Positions 20,182 to 30,052 of a stretch of DNA of 64,000 bases are shown in pieces. The notes under the pieces are model-generated. The model was not told the DNA's origin. It did no database searches and saw only the letters and a program-made list of their open reading frames with translations. Both the position numbers and the translations under genes were made by a program. Location: positions 1 to 64,000 of the IMG/VR virus record IMGVR_UViG_3300010403_000705; one strand, written 5' to 3'. Within the stretch, counting starts at the first letter, position 1. Each line of letters begins with the position of its first letter.

Positions 20182-20267
20182 GGGCGTGTGGCGGAATGGC
20201 AGACGCACCGGCTTCAAACTCCGGCACCTAACTAAGTATGTGGGTTCAAATCCCTCCATGCCCACCA
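20182..20267 (+). tRNA. tRNA-Leu(CAA)
   Basis: Acceptor GGGCGTG/CATGCCC, A73+CCA, loop TTCAAAC, long variable arm, TTCAAAT T-loop. Confidence 0.88.
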
Positions 20268-20286
20268 TTTTATTATATTGGGTATT

Positions 20287-20742
20287 ATGAATTTGCAAAA
20301 AAATTTGATTATTAGAGTTAAAAATTTTAATAGCATATGTAATGATGTTATTTTGATGAAGAGTTTAAGAAAATTAACTCTTCATCATTTTTCTGGAATG
20401 AACTATGAATTAAATAATTTTGAAAAACTTGCTAAAATTCGAAATGTAAAAGCACAAGTCTTAATGGCTTATTTAAATGACGAATTAGTCGGTTGGTCTC
20501 TTTTGTCCAAAGAGCCTAGTAATTTTTTATTTGGAAAATCTTTGAAGACTTATGATCCATCCTATGGTATGTTATTTCAAATCTATATTGCGCCACTACA
20601 CCGACGAAAAGGTATTGGATCGGAGTTACTAAAGGTCGCGCGACGTAAAGCTAGTCCATATAGATTATGTTTTTGTCCTTGGAATAACGCAAGTACTAAG
20701 TTTTATAGCAATTTTAATTATCATTGGAATATAAGTTTATGA
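20287..20742 (+). CDS. GNAT-family acetyltransferase
   Basis: IYIAPLHRRKGIGSELL acetyl-CoA motif A; N..S.KFY. Confidence 0.8.
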   Translation: MNLQKNLIIRVKNFNSICNDVILMKSLRKLTLHHFSGMNYELNNFEKLAKIRNVKAQVLMAYLNDELVGWSLLSKEPSNFLFGKSLKTYDPSYGMLFQIYIAPLHRRKGIGSELLKVARRKASPYRLCFCPWNNASTKFYSNFNYHWNISL

Positions 20743-21224
20743 TTAAGTTTTATTCAATACATGGTACATATGCGGGATTTTCTAATTTTTCTCATCACCC
20801 AATAACTTTAAAAAATAAGATTTGGAAAACCTCTGAACATTATTTTCAGGCGCAAAAATTTGCGGGAACTTTTTTAGAGTCAGCTGTAAGAAGATGTAAA
20901 GGAGCTAGTGATGCTGCTCGTATGGGTAGAGATAGAAATAATCCTTTGCGACGTGATTGGGAAAATGTAAAAGATAATGTAATGAGGAAAATAGTATTAG
21001 CTAAATTTTCTCAACATGAAGATTTGAAAAAATTATTGCTTTCTACTGGTAACGAACAATTGGTAGAGCATACAGAAAAAGACAAATATTGGGCAGACGG
21101 AGGAAATGGAAGCGGTAAAAATATGTTAGGAATTATTTTAATGGAAGTAAGAAGAGCCTTAAATTCTCCAGCAGAAATGCAAAAATATATAGATAAATTT
21201 AATCTGGAATCAGAATTATATTAA
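20739..21224 (+). CDS. NADAR (YbiA-like) family protein
   Basis: FSNF, TSEHYFQAQKF, AKFSQH, D.YWADG, GKNMLG.ILMEVR. Confidence 0.93.
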   Translation: MIKFYSIHGTYAGFSNFSHHPITLKNKIWKTSEHYFQAQKFAGTFLESAVRRCKGASDAARMGRDRNNPLRRDWENVKDNVMRKIVLAKFSQHEDLKKLLLSTGNEQLVEHTEKDKYWADGGNGSGKNMLGIILMEVRRALNSPAEMQKYIDKFNLESELY

Positions 21225-21260
21225 TATCTTGATATAAGACTATAAATAATAGTCTTATAT

Positions 21261-21348
21261 ACCAATGTGGCGTAAACGGCTAGCCGCGGCAGTCTTAGAA
21301 GCTGTTGGGAGAAATCCCGTGTAGGTTCGAATCCTATCATTGGTACCA
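21261..21348 (+). tRNA. tRNA-Leu(TAG)
   Basis: Acceptor ACCAATG/CATTGGT, A73+CCA, loop CTTAGAA, GGGA-GAAA-TCCC variable arm. Confidence 0.92.
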
Positions 21349-21355
21349 AAGAATC

Positions 21356-21973
21356 ATGAAAGATTTATTAGAATCATTAATTCAAAAATCTGTTAGAGAT
21401 ATTCAAATTCAAGAAGATAGAAGAATTACTCGATTGCTTAATAAGACAATAGGTAATGTAAAAATGGAAGTAAGTATACATCAATGGTCTTTAGGTTATG
21501 TGCTTATTGGATCTGAACATAATGATTTATTTGCGGTAGAACTAGGTAATGATATTAATGAATGTTATAGAAATTTTTATAATAGATGGTCCAAATTACC
21601 AGGTCCCTATGAAATAGAAGAGCGTAAAAATTTTCAAATAGTTGATAAGGTGATTTCATCCATGGAATCTGGAGTTATGAATGCATCTTTAAAAATAAAT
21701 TATAAAAGTCATCCTTTTAGTACACCTATTAGATATTTGGTCTGGGAAACTTTATTAAACACTGCACCTGGTGAAACTATTTCTTATAAAGAAATTGCTA
21801 ATAAAATTGGAAATCCTAAGGCTGTTCGCGCTATAGGTTCAGCATGTCGAGCCAATCCATTTGCTATTATTATTCCCTGTCATAGAGTAATAAAGAGTGA
21901 TGGAACATCTGGTGAATATCGTTGGGGTATAGATCTTAAAAGAAAATTGTTAGATAAGGAAAAGTCAATCTAA
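21356..21973 (+). CDS. ogt: methylated-DNA-protein-cysteine methyltransferase
   Basis: GETISY..IA...PKAVRAIGSAC..NP..IIPCHRV; start moved out of the tRNA. Confidence 0.9.
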   Translation: MKDLLESLIQKSVRDIQIQEDRRITRLLNKTIGNVKMEVSIHQWSLGYVLIGSEHNDLFAVELGNDINECYRNFYNRWSKLPGPYEIEERKNFQIVDKVISSMESGVMNASLKINYKSHPFSTPIRYLVWETLLNTAPGETISYKEIANKIGNPKAVRAIGSACRANPFAIIIPCHRVIKSDGTSGEYRWGIDLKRKLLDKEKSI

Positions 21974-21976
21974 AAT

Positions 21977-22578
21977 ATGTTAAATAAACAATTAATAGCA
22001 GAAGGCGGTATTGTTGAGTTTGATCCGTCTTTTTTAGTTTTAGATGAAGCAAATGCTCTTCTTTTTTATTTAAAAAATAATGTGAATTGGGAACAAAAAT
22101 ACTACTACAATTATAGAAATAAAAGTAATTATCCGCAACCTAGATTAACTGCTTGGTACGCAGACAGTCCTGATATGCAGTATAGTTATTCTGGTGTTAC
22201 ACAAAAGGTTCAACCATGGGATAATGAATTATTGAATTTAAAAAATAAAATTCAATTAATAACTAAATCGGACTATAATAGCGTCTTGTTAAATTTTTAT
22301 CGCAATGGTAATGATTCGGTAGGTTTACATGCCGATGATGAAAAGGAATTAGGAAATAACGCTAACATTGCATCTGTCTCATTAGGAGCAACACGAAAAT
22401 TTCAGTTAGTTCAGTATAAAGGTAGTTTACCATATGGCAATTACGAATATGTTTGTGTCATGGTTCATTACTAGTGATGAGTGGTACTACACAACATTAT
22501 TGGAAACATTCAGTTCTTAAAGAGCCATCTGTAATAAACGGTAGAATAAACTTAACTTTCAGAAGATTCTTAAAATAA
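21977..22578 (+). pseudogene. AlkB-family (ALKBH2/3-like) dioxygenase with a -1 frameshift near 22450
   Basis: QPRLTAWY, NFYRNGNDSVGLHADDE in the first frame; HGSLLVM..TQHYWKHSV..RINLTFR continues in the -1 frame to TAA 22578. Confidence 0.85.
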
Positions 22579-22637
22579 ATTGTTAGAGGAGAGTCTGGAT
22601 ATAATACTAATAAAAATAAATAATATAATAAAGTTGA

Positions 22638-22721
22638 GCCAACATGGTGGAATGGCATACACACAGGTCTAAGAAGCCTGCACCGTAAGGTTTGAGGGTT
22701 CAAATCCCTCTGTTGGCACCA
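22638..22721 (+). tRNA. tRNA-Leu(AAG)
   Basis: Acceptor GCCAACA/TGTTGGC, A73+CCA, stem CAGGT/GCCTG, loop CTAAGAA. Confidence 0.9.
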
Positions 22722-22771
22722 GAGAGGTATAATGCTAAAATCAATAGAAAAATTTACATAAAATTTGTTAT

Positions 22772-22846
22772 GGTTCCATCGTCTACTGGCTAGGACATTT
22801 GGTTCTCAACCAAAGAAAGACGGATCGTAACCGTCTGGAATCACCA
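22772..22846 (+). tRNA. tRNA-Glu(CTC)
   Basis: Acceptor GGTTCCA/TGGAATC, TTTGG-TTCTCAA-CCAAA, atypical T-loop ATCGTAA, CCA. Confidence 0.85.
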
Positions 22847-22847
22847 T

Positions 22848-23267
22848 ATGAAACTAAAGATTATATCTGATGGTACTAATGAAGGAACAAAATTAATTGA
22901 TGAGGATACAGGAGAAATGTTTCACGGTATCAGTAAATTAAATTGGCAAGCAAATACAGATGATACTTTAACAAAAGTTAATGTAGAATTTTTCAATGTT
23001 CCAGTAGAAATAGTTACTCAAGCTAAAATCGAGTTGATGGATTATACAGAGGATTACACAGACTTACAATTGTCGAAAAATTTTGATAAAAATATTAAAA
23101 TAACCTCTAAGAGTCATGACGGGAAAGCCATACCTACAACTTCTGTAAAAGTTTACGATATGGATACTAATGAAATTATTGGGGCTGTTCAAAGTATTAA
23201 ATGGGAAGCTACTCCTAAAAAATGTGAGGCAGAAATTGTTAAAATAAAAATTGATAATAGAAACTAG
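22848..23267 (+). CDS. hypothetical protein with two internal repeats
   Basis: KLIDEDTGEMFHGISKLNWQA vs KVYDMDTNEIIGAVQSIKWEA. Confidence 0.7.
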   Translation: MKLKIISDGTNEGTKLIDEDTGEMFHGISKLNWQANTDDTLTKVNVEFFNVPVEIVTQAKIELMDYTEDYTDLQLSKNFDKNIKITSKSHDGKAIPTTSVKVYDMDTNEIIGAVQSIKWEATPKKCEAEIVKIKIDNRN

Positions 23268-23288
23268 TAAATTTGTTAATGTATTAAT

Positions 23289-23370
23289 GCGCCTATAGTC
23301 TAGCGGATAAGGCACTCGACTACGAATCGAGGGATGAAAATCATGGTGGGTTCGACTCCTACTGGGCGTG
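23289..23370 (+). tRNA. tRNA-Arg(ACG) with extended variable arm; no encoded CCA
   Basis: CTCGA-CTACGAA-TCGAG, GTGGG-TTCGACT-CCTAC, extra GAT-GAAA-ATC hairpin. Confidence 0.85.
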
Positions 23371-23423
23371 CTAAAAAAACTTATATGAATTCATATAAGT
23401 TTTTTTTTATTTGGAACAAAATT

Positions 23424-23906
23424 ATGAGTCAACAAGAAAATATAAATAAATTACTCGAGATGCTAAAAGCTAGGCTTAATTCGAAAGGAAAAGCTAAATC
23501 AACTGATTCTTTCGGAAATGTAGTATATGTAGATTGTGATATTTTTTCTGATGATATTTTAGAATGCTTTCTTGACTTATCATTATCAGAATTTAATATG
23601 ATTCCTATATTTTCATCTTTCAATTTTGAAAACGATAGTTTCGTAAAAACTTTTTCTGCAATTTTGGTGAAAGGTGCCACCTTGTATGCCTTAGCTTCTA
23701 AAGCTTTAATAGAAAGAGGCAGAGAATTCTGCTTCACTGATAAAGGTGTGGACTTTAACCAGCCCTCAATATCTGAGCTAATGCAGAGTCAATTTGCTGC
23801 TGAACTTACTGATCATTTTGAAAAACTGAAATTAATCAAATTATCAATTGGAGATTTTAAGTCAGCACAAGAACTAAAAAATATTGCTATATGTTGGGAT
23901 CAATGA
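23424..23906 (+). CDS. hypothetical protein
   Basis: Start moved to ATG 23424, outside the tRNA. Confidence 0.65.
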   Translation: MSQQENINKLLEMLKARLNSKGKAKSTDSFGNVVYVDCDIFSDDILECFLDLSLSEFNMIPIFSSFNFENDSFVKTFSAILVKGATLYALASKALIERGREFCFTDKGVDFNQPSISELMQSQFAAELTDHFEKLKLIKLSIGDFKSAQELKNIAICWDQ

Positions 23907-24217
23907 GTGTCGCATTCGATAAAAATAAAAAACCTCGTGTCGTTCATTGTAAAAAAGAAAGTTTCGATGTCTATATTGGTCGACCCTCTCGCTTCGGAAA
24001 TCCTTTCTCCCATCTACCCAACACTCTCGCACACTACAAAGTTTCTTCAAGGGAGCAGGCGATTGAGTATTATCGAAATTATATTATGAATACGCCGTGG
24101 TTGATAAAAGCTGCTAAGGAAGAACTAAAAGGTAAAATTCTTGGTTGTTGGTGCCGTCCCGATTTTCCATGTCATGGAGACATATTACTTGAAATAGCAA
24201 ATTCGGAAATTGATTAA
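23903..24217 (+). CDS. DUF4326 family protein
   Basis: VYIGRPS.FGNPF...LKGK.LGCWC.P..CHGDIL. Confidence 0.9.
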   Translation: MSVAFDKNKKPRVVHCKKESFDVYIGRPSRFGNPFSHLPNTLAHYKVSSREQAIEYYRNYIMNTPWLIKAAKEELKGKILGCWCRPDFPCHGDILLEIANSEID

Positions 24218-24261
24218 ACGATCAATTAATTTTAATAAAATTATTATGAGGATAAATATAA

Positions 24262-24570
24262 ATGCCCAAACCAAAATCCATAACTGAGGTGGATATTGAT
24301 CGCTGGTTACAAAATATTAATAAAGATGATTATGTGTCTCCGTTATTGAAAATTTATCCATCTATGAAAGAAGTTTGTTTAGCTGGATTGTGGTTATGCG
24401 AAGAGTTAAAGAAACTTGGATGTCCAAATGTTTTAATTTGTCGAATACAATGGACTGCAGGAAAACTTTCAGTAGGTAAGGATGCTTGGGATGTACACCA
24501 AGATATTCTTGAAGATTACAAAAATAAAAAATTGGTTATTGAAGAAGATAAGAGCGAAATAGAAAATTAA
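24262..24570 (+). CDS. hypothetical protein
   Basis: 102 aa, GAGG SD. Confidence 0.65.
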   Translation: MPKPKSITEVDIDRWLQNINKDDYVSPLLKIYPSMKEVCLAGLWLCEELKKLGCPNVLICRIQWTAGKLSVGKDAWDVHQDILEDYKNKKLVIEEDKSEIEN

Positions 24571-24580
24571 TTAGAAAGTA

Positions 24581-24608
24581 TTGACCTTTTAATATTACTA
24601 TTTATAAT
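24581..24608 (+). promoter_or_regulatory. sigma70-like promoter
   Basis: TTGACC-N16-TATAAT upstream of the AAA+ gene. Confidence 0.5.
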
Positions 24609-24640
24609 AAAGGCACTGTACTAAAGTATAAGGAATAATA

Positions 24641-25771
24641 ATGGCTAACACTACAACACAACAAATGGCTGCTTCGGATTTTAATCTTGAAAGATTACAC
24701 ACTAAAGATTTAGCAGATCATGTTGCCGCATCTATTCATATTGGTGGCAACATTGCAATTTTCGGTCGTAGAGGTACTGGTAAGACAGAAATTTCTAAAC
24801 AAGAAATTAAAAAAGCTGGCTTACATGAAGTTTATATAAATCTTTCTGTTTTAGAAAGAGTAGATATGGGGGGTTATCCAAATATCATGGCAGCAGCCGC
24901 TCATAAGAAGTTTGTGGATTTTTTGCTTCCTCAATTCTATCAACCTATGTTAGATGGAAAAAAGAATGTAGTTGCTTTACTTGATGAAGTAGATAAAGCT
25001 GATCCAAGTTTGTGGGCGCCTTTACTTGAGTTTACGCAATTCAGATCAGTTAACGGCAACCCTTTGCCTAATTTACAAGGTATCATTATGACTGGTAACT
25101 TGATCTCTGAAGGTGGCGCTAGACCTAGTTTACCTCTTTTGGATAGAGCTGAAAAATACCTAGTGGAAGCGGACGCAGCTTCTTGGCTAGAATGGGCAGG
25201 TAAATCTGGACACATTCATCCATCTATTACTGCATATATTACAGACCATCCAAAGGATTTATTTGGAGCAATTGATCCTGAAGATAGATACGCTGATCCG
25301 TCTCCACGTGGATGGCATAGAGCTTCAGAAATTCTGCATAAAGGAGAGCAAAAAAGCTGGTCTCCGTCTCTTCTTAATAAAAAGGTTTGTGGTTGTGTGG
25401 GTAAAGATGCTGGTATTAAATATAGTAACTACTATGAACATTATCAGCAATTGTTACCGATGGTAGAAGATATTTATCAAGGCAAAGATGTTTCACATAG
25501 ATACAATGTCTTAGAGCCAACTAAGAAATTGGTAGCATGTATGATTACTTGTGCAAGGTTAGCTACCCAGCTAGATCAGTCCAAAGATAACATTGCGCCT
25601 GATTCGGCAAAAAATGTTGGAAAATTTTTGCAAAAAGTATCATATGAAAATGTTTTAGTGGCTGTAAGAAGTCAAATCCAAATTGACAGATTAGTTAAGT
25701 TTAGTTTAGATGAACATCCTGATTGGGAACAAGTTTTAAGCAAAATCAATAAACAAGTAGATGAAGGTTAA
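24641..25771 (+). CDS. MoxR-like AAA+ ATPase
   Basis: Walker A GRRGTGKT, Walker B LLDEVDK, TGN, LLDR, PSPRGW. Confidence 0.88.
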   Translation: MANTTTQQMAASDFNLERLHTKDLADHVAASIHIGGNIAIFGRRGTGKTEISKQEIKKAGLHEVYINLSVLERVDMGGYPNIMAAAAHKKFVDFLLPQFYQPMLDGKKNVVALLDEVDKADPSLWAPLLEFTQFRSVNGNPLPNLQGIIMTGNLISEGGARPSLPLLDRAEKYLVEADAASWLEWAGKSGHIHPSITAYITDHPKDLFGAIDPEDRYADPSPRGWHRASEILHKGEQKSWSPSLLNKKVCGCVGKDAGIKYSNYYEHYQQLLPMVEDIYQGKDVSHRYNVLEPTKKLVACMITCARLATQLDQSKDNIAPDSAKNVGKFLQKVSYENVLVAVRSQIQIDRLVKFSLDEHPDWEQVLSKINKQVDEG

Positions 25772-25815
25772 GCTTATTCTCCTACAGATATATAAAGGTT
25801 ATTGGAGATCATAGC

Positions 25816-27414
25816 ATGAAATTTACCAAGATAATTGGAAAAATTAACGACAAATTAGTAACCCATGCAGAGGATAAACTTTCTCAAGTATTCCTAGAAT
25901 TGGGTACTAGATATAACAATGAGCATATAGGAACGGGTATGGGGGGAGATCCATTAATTTTTGGATTAATGTATCCAGTAGAACATGTGTGTACACTTAA
26001 TATCCCTACTGCTGCTACAGATGGTAAAAGATATTACTGGAATCCAAAATTCATAATCAAGCAATCTAGGATTGGATTACGTATTATTTGCGGACATGAA
26101 GCCTGGCACGCATTATATATGCATCCACAACGTAGGGGGTCTAGACTTCCCAAATTATGGAATATTGCAGTTGATTATATTGTTAATGGTACTGTAATGG
26201 AGGATTTTAGGGCTAGAAAGATGAACCCTTCAGAAATGTTTACTAAACATTTAGGAAAGTTCATGACATTAAAACAATATGCGGAAATGCTTAAAGATCC
26301 ATTTACTACAATGAAAGGATTTGAAGATTTAAATCCTACCGAACAAAATACTTCTGAACCAGAAGTGAAATTACCGGGACCATGTGAAGATCGCGAATTA
26401 ACTCCTGAAGAACAGAAAGCATTAGAGAATAAGGAAAAACTATCTAAATTTTATTATGCTGATCCTGATCTTGAAGAAGAGATGAAAAGTCCAGAAAAAA
26501 TTTACGATTTTCTTTATAATCTTTTGCCTAAATGCCCGAAATGTGGTAGTATTGGTATCTATAAATTACCTAATAAAGATAAACCAAAAGATGGTTCATC
26601 TAAAGAAAAAGATAAATCTGAAAAACATCAACATAATAATGATGGTTCACCTTGTGATTGTCCCAATCCTGAAAATGATTCGGGAGATCAAGGATGTTGT
26701 GGAGGTGGTGTTGATATTTTTGGTTTAGGTGGTACTGTAGACGATCATATGGATACCGAAGAGAGCCAAGAGAAATTAGCCAAGAGAATTTCTGATGCTA
26801 TGGAAGCTGCCAAAAAAATGGCTGGATATGTGCCTGCGGCTTTAGAAGATGAACTTGGTAAATTGACTGCTCCTAAAGTGACTTGGCAGGATATTATCAG
26901 AACTCGTTTATTAAAAGCAAGAGCTGGTAATGGAAGAAATGACTGGACTAAATTTAAAAGCCGACCAATGTTTAGCGGTGTATTAGTTCCTAAAAGAAGA
27001 AATTATTTTGCTCATTTTGGTTGTTTATTAGATACTAGTGGTTCTATGAGTAAAGATGATATGGCATTTGGGTTATCGCAACTATGCGCATTGGATGAGC
27101 GTTCAGAAGGAACAATCGTGCCAGCAGATGCCACGGTTTATTTTGATAAAGCCACTAAAATTAAAAAAGCTAATGCAGAAGAATTAAGTAAGGTAAAAGT
27201 AGTTGGAAGGGGTGGTACGTGTTTTTCATCCTTCTTTGATGATTATGAAAAAAATATAGGACATTGCGATTTTTTAATTATGATTACAGATGGTTATCTT
27301 CTCGATCAAGATATTGCAAATATGAAGAATCCAGGAATAGATGTAATATGGTTAGTAACAGCAGCATCTTCTTTTAAAGCTCCTTTTGGAAGAGTTTTTG
27401 ATCTTAGAGGTTAA
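25816..27414 (+). CDS. DUF2201-type metallopeptidase-like + VWA domain protein (MoxR partner)
   Basis: TAATDG, HEAWH, WNIAVDY; C-terminal DTSGS MIDAS, GRGGT, ITDGY. Confidence 0.88.
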   Translation: MKFTKIIGKINDKLVTHAEDKLSQVFLELGTRYNNEHIGTGMGGDPLIFGLMYPVEHVCTLNIPTAATDGKRYYWNPKFIIKQSRIGLRIICGHEAWHALYMHPQRRGSRLPKLWNIAVDYIVNGTVMEDFRARKMNPSEMFTKHLGKFMTLKQYAEMLKDPFTTMKGFEDLNPTEQNTSEPEVKLPGPCEDRELTPEEQKALENKEKLSKFYYADPDLEEEMKSPEKIYDFLYNLLPKCPKCGSIGIYKLPNKDKPKDGSSKEKDKSEKHQHNNDGSPCDCPNPENDSGDQGCCGGGVDIFGLGGTVDDHMDTEESQEKLAKRISDAMEAAKKMAGYVPAALEDELGKLTAPKVTWQDIIRTRLLKARAGNGRNDWTKFKSRPMFSGVLVPKRRNYFAHFGCLLDTSGSMSKDDMAFGLSQLCALDERSEGTIVPADATVYFDKATKIKKANAEELSKVKVVGRGGTCFSSFFDDYEKNIGHCDFLIMITDGYLLDQDIANMKNPGIDVIWLVTAASSFKAPFGRVFDLRG

Positions 27415-27616
27415 ATATAATGATTGCCTACCAATATTTGTATGTTTAGTTGCTTATACTTATTGGTAGGTAATTATATTTATTACACAACAAAAAAATA
27501 TCTAATAAAATAATTAGATACACAAAATGTGAAGAGATATTTTAAAATCTTTGTATTTAATAGAAATACCAAGAAACGAGAATATCTATTAAAAATGTAT
27601 AAAATATAGAGGAATA

Positions 27617-27961
27617 ATGATTTCATTTGAGTTCGAAACTAATAGTGAGGAAATAAATAATCAATTAATCTATAGTATTGGACCAATATCCAAGTTAGTT
27701 GATAAATTTGGTCAATTATTTGAAACCACAGTAAAAAATAAGATTGATACAATCGATCCACTTTCAAAAATAGAAATGATTTTTTTAGATAAAAATTATT
27801 TAATTATGACTACTGCGACTGTTTTAGCAAAAGAATTGATAATTAATCATCGTTGGGAAGTAATTGATAGGGCAATAGCACTTGCATGTAAAAATTATAA
27901 TTTAAATAAATATGACATTAAAAATGTAAAAATTATTATTCCACAATTAGGTGATTCGTGA
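27617..27961 (+). CDS. hypothetical protein
   Basis: GAGGA SD, 114 aa. Confidence 0.6.
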   Translation: MISFEFETNSEEINNQLIYSIGPISKLVDKFGQLFETTVKNKIDTIDPLSKIEMIFLDKNYLIMTTATVLAKELIINHRWEVIDRAIALACKNYNLNKYDIKNVKIIIPQLGDS

Positions 27962-30045
27962 AAATTAACGAGATTCGTCCTAATATTGAGAGTTCTGATG
28001 AATTAGATGAACAATTTTTCTCAATCCAAGATCAGGGAATGATTTTTGATATTTTGAGAAATAAAATGTATTCTAATCCCATATTAGCAATTTGTAGGGA
28101 AATAACTTGTAATGCTAGAGATGCTCATCGTGAAAACAAAATTAGCGATACACCTATTCATATTTATCTTCCTAACAATGTGGAACCTTTCTATAAAGTT
28201 AAGGATTTTGGACCTGGTATTAGTCCAGACAGGATGTCTAATATATTTATTAAATATACTGCAAGTACAAAACGTGATGATGATATACAGACAGGCGGAT
28301 TTGGGTTAGGTGCTAAAACTCCCTTTTCTTATAGTGATACATTTACTGTCATTACTATATTTAATGGTATTAAATATAATTATGTTTGTTTTATTGATGA
28401 GACGAAAGTAGGTAAACTAGCTCTTCTATCGGAAGAAAAAACTGACCAATGTAATGGGACAGAAATTGTGATCCCAGTTAAACAAACAGACTTTAGATTA
28501 TTTAGCGAATATACAGAACAAAGTACTCGTCATTGGAGTATTAAGCCGATTATAAAAGGTAACACTTTAAAATGGCAAGAGATTTGTAAAGTTATTGATG
28601 GCGATGATTGGTGTGTAGCAGTAGCCAATAACTGGCATCGTGGTATTAAATTAATAATAGATAGTATTGAATATCCTTTAGAATTAGAGGCATTAAAGAA
28701 ATATGCTGATATTAAATTAATTGATTCAATTAAAGGTAATTTATATTTATATTTCAATATTGGTGAACTGAGTCTTTCAGCCAGCCGTGAACAAGTTTAT
28801 TTGGATAAAATAACACAGGAAAAGATAAAACTTAAACTGACAAAAGTATCTAACGATATCAAACAAAAAATTGATACTAAGATAAATTCATTACCAAATT
28901 TATGGTTAGCCAATATTTATTACAATAAAGAATTGTTACAGTCTTTTAATTCTTTAAACTTTCTAGGTGATTTAAGATGGCAGGGTATATTATTAACTAG
29001 TCGATATATTACAGTAAATTGCCCAATTTTTAGGTTTAATAAAGGTAAATTCTCTAGACTTAATGGTAATGATCCGAACAAATTAACAAGATCATTGGCT
29101 CATTCTTTATCTTTTGAAGAAAATTCAATGTTATTTGTTAACGACTTACCATTAAAAGAACCTACCATACGTCATGTGAAAAAAGCATTTGATGACAATC
29201 CTGCTCTAACATCTGTTCAAGTAGTATGTCCAACACCAACTGTTAGCCTTTCTGAGTTAAATAAAACTTTTCATATAAATCATATGATGCCTGAAGTTTT
29301 ATCTTCTATTACAAAAACATCTGCTAGAAAATATACATCTTCTACTTCGCGACTAATTGTATTTAAACTTGATATAAGTTCTGGCTTTTTTCATCAAGTT
29401 AGTTATGCATCTATTTCAAATGATAATAAAAAGAAAATTTTATGTTTGTTAACAAAAGATACATCTCATCCTCTTGGGCGACAGGTATTACTAAATAATA
29501 AGAAAACTCTTTCATCATCATCTCTAAAAGCGCTCTCTAACAAATTTGATTCATATTCTTTCTATGGCATTGATGAATCTACTTCTTTTGATAGAGTAGA
29601 AGAGGATTTCGTGGATTTCAAAGATGTAAATGAGTTCATTGAAACAAATATTATATCGAATAATTCAATTAATTATCTTGAAATCAAATATGCTAATTCT
29701 TATACGTATCATTTAGACGATAAGTTATTACAGCACTATGATGCATTTAGTAAATTGATCGAGAATCACGATAGTATTTTTATGAGAAGATTAAATTTAC
29801 ATAATAAAATGAAAAATATGTGTAATAGTAATTTAGGATTATTAATGATTTATGAATCTATTCATGGGGAAATTTCAAAAAATGATTTACAAAAATTCAT
29901 TGTGGATAATCCTAATTTAGATTTAAATAAAATAAATAATTTATACGAGAGAAAATATCCTCTCTTATGTCAATTAAATGCTTATAATTATGCACAAATT
30001 ATAACTCCTATAGCGCAGTATGTAAATTTAATAGATAATACTTAA
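27958..30045 (+). CDS. rIIA: rIIA-like protein (GHKL ATPase N-domain)
   Basis: YSNPILAICREITCNARDAH, DFGPG, STK, GGFGLGAKTPFSY, LSASRE. Confidence 0.88.
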   Translation: MKINEIRPNIESSDELDEQFFSIQDQGMIFDILRNKMYSNPILAICREITCNARDAHRENKISDTPIHIYLPNNVEPFYKVKDFGPGISPDRMSNIFIKYTASTKRDDDIQTGGFGLGAKTPFSYSDTFTVITIFNGIKYNYVCFIDETKVGKLALLSEEKTDQCNGTEIVIPVKQTDFRLFSEYTEQSTRHWSIKPIIKGNTLKWQEICKVIDGDDWCVAVANNWHRGIKLIIDSIEYPLELEALKKYADIKLIDSIKGNLYLYFNIGELSLSASREQVYLDKITQEKIKLKLTKVSNDIKQKIDTKINSLPNLWLANIYYNKELLQSFNSLNFLGDLRWQGILLTSRYITVNCPIFRFNKGKFSRLNGNDPNKLTRSLAHSLSFEENSMLFVNDLPLKEPTIRHVKKAFDDNPALTSVQVVCPTPTVSLSELNKTFHINHMMPEVLSSITKTSARKYTSSTSRLIVFKLDISSGFFHQVSYASISNDNKKKILCLLTKDTSHPLGRQVLLNNKKTLSSSSLKALSNKFDSYSFYGIDESTSFDRVEEDFVDFKDVNEFIETNIISNNSINYLEIKYANSYTYHLDDKLLQHYDAFSKLIENHDSIFMRRLNLHNKMKNMCNSNLGLLMIYESIHGEISKNDLQKFIVDNPNLDLNKINNLYERKYPLLCQLNAYNYAQIITPIAQYVNLIDNT

Positions 30046-30052
30046 GGAAATC

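Noticed and set aside
20182-20267. TCA (Sec/opal) anticodon in CTTCAAA
   Set aside because: The CCGG/CCGG stem centres the loop on CAA, and the 7-bp acceptor with A73 fits Leu.
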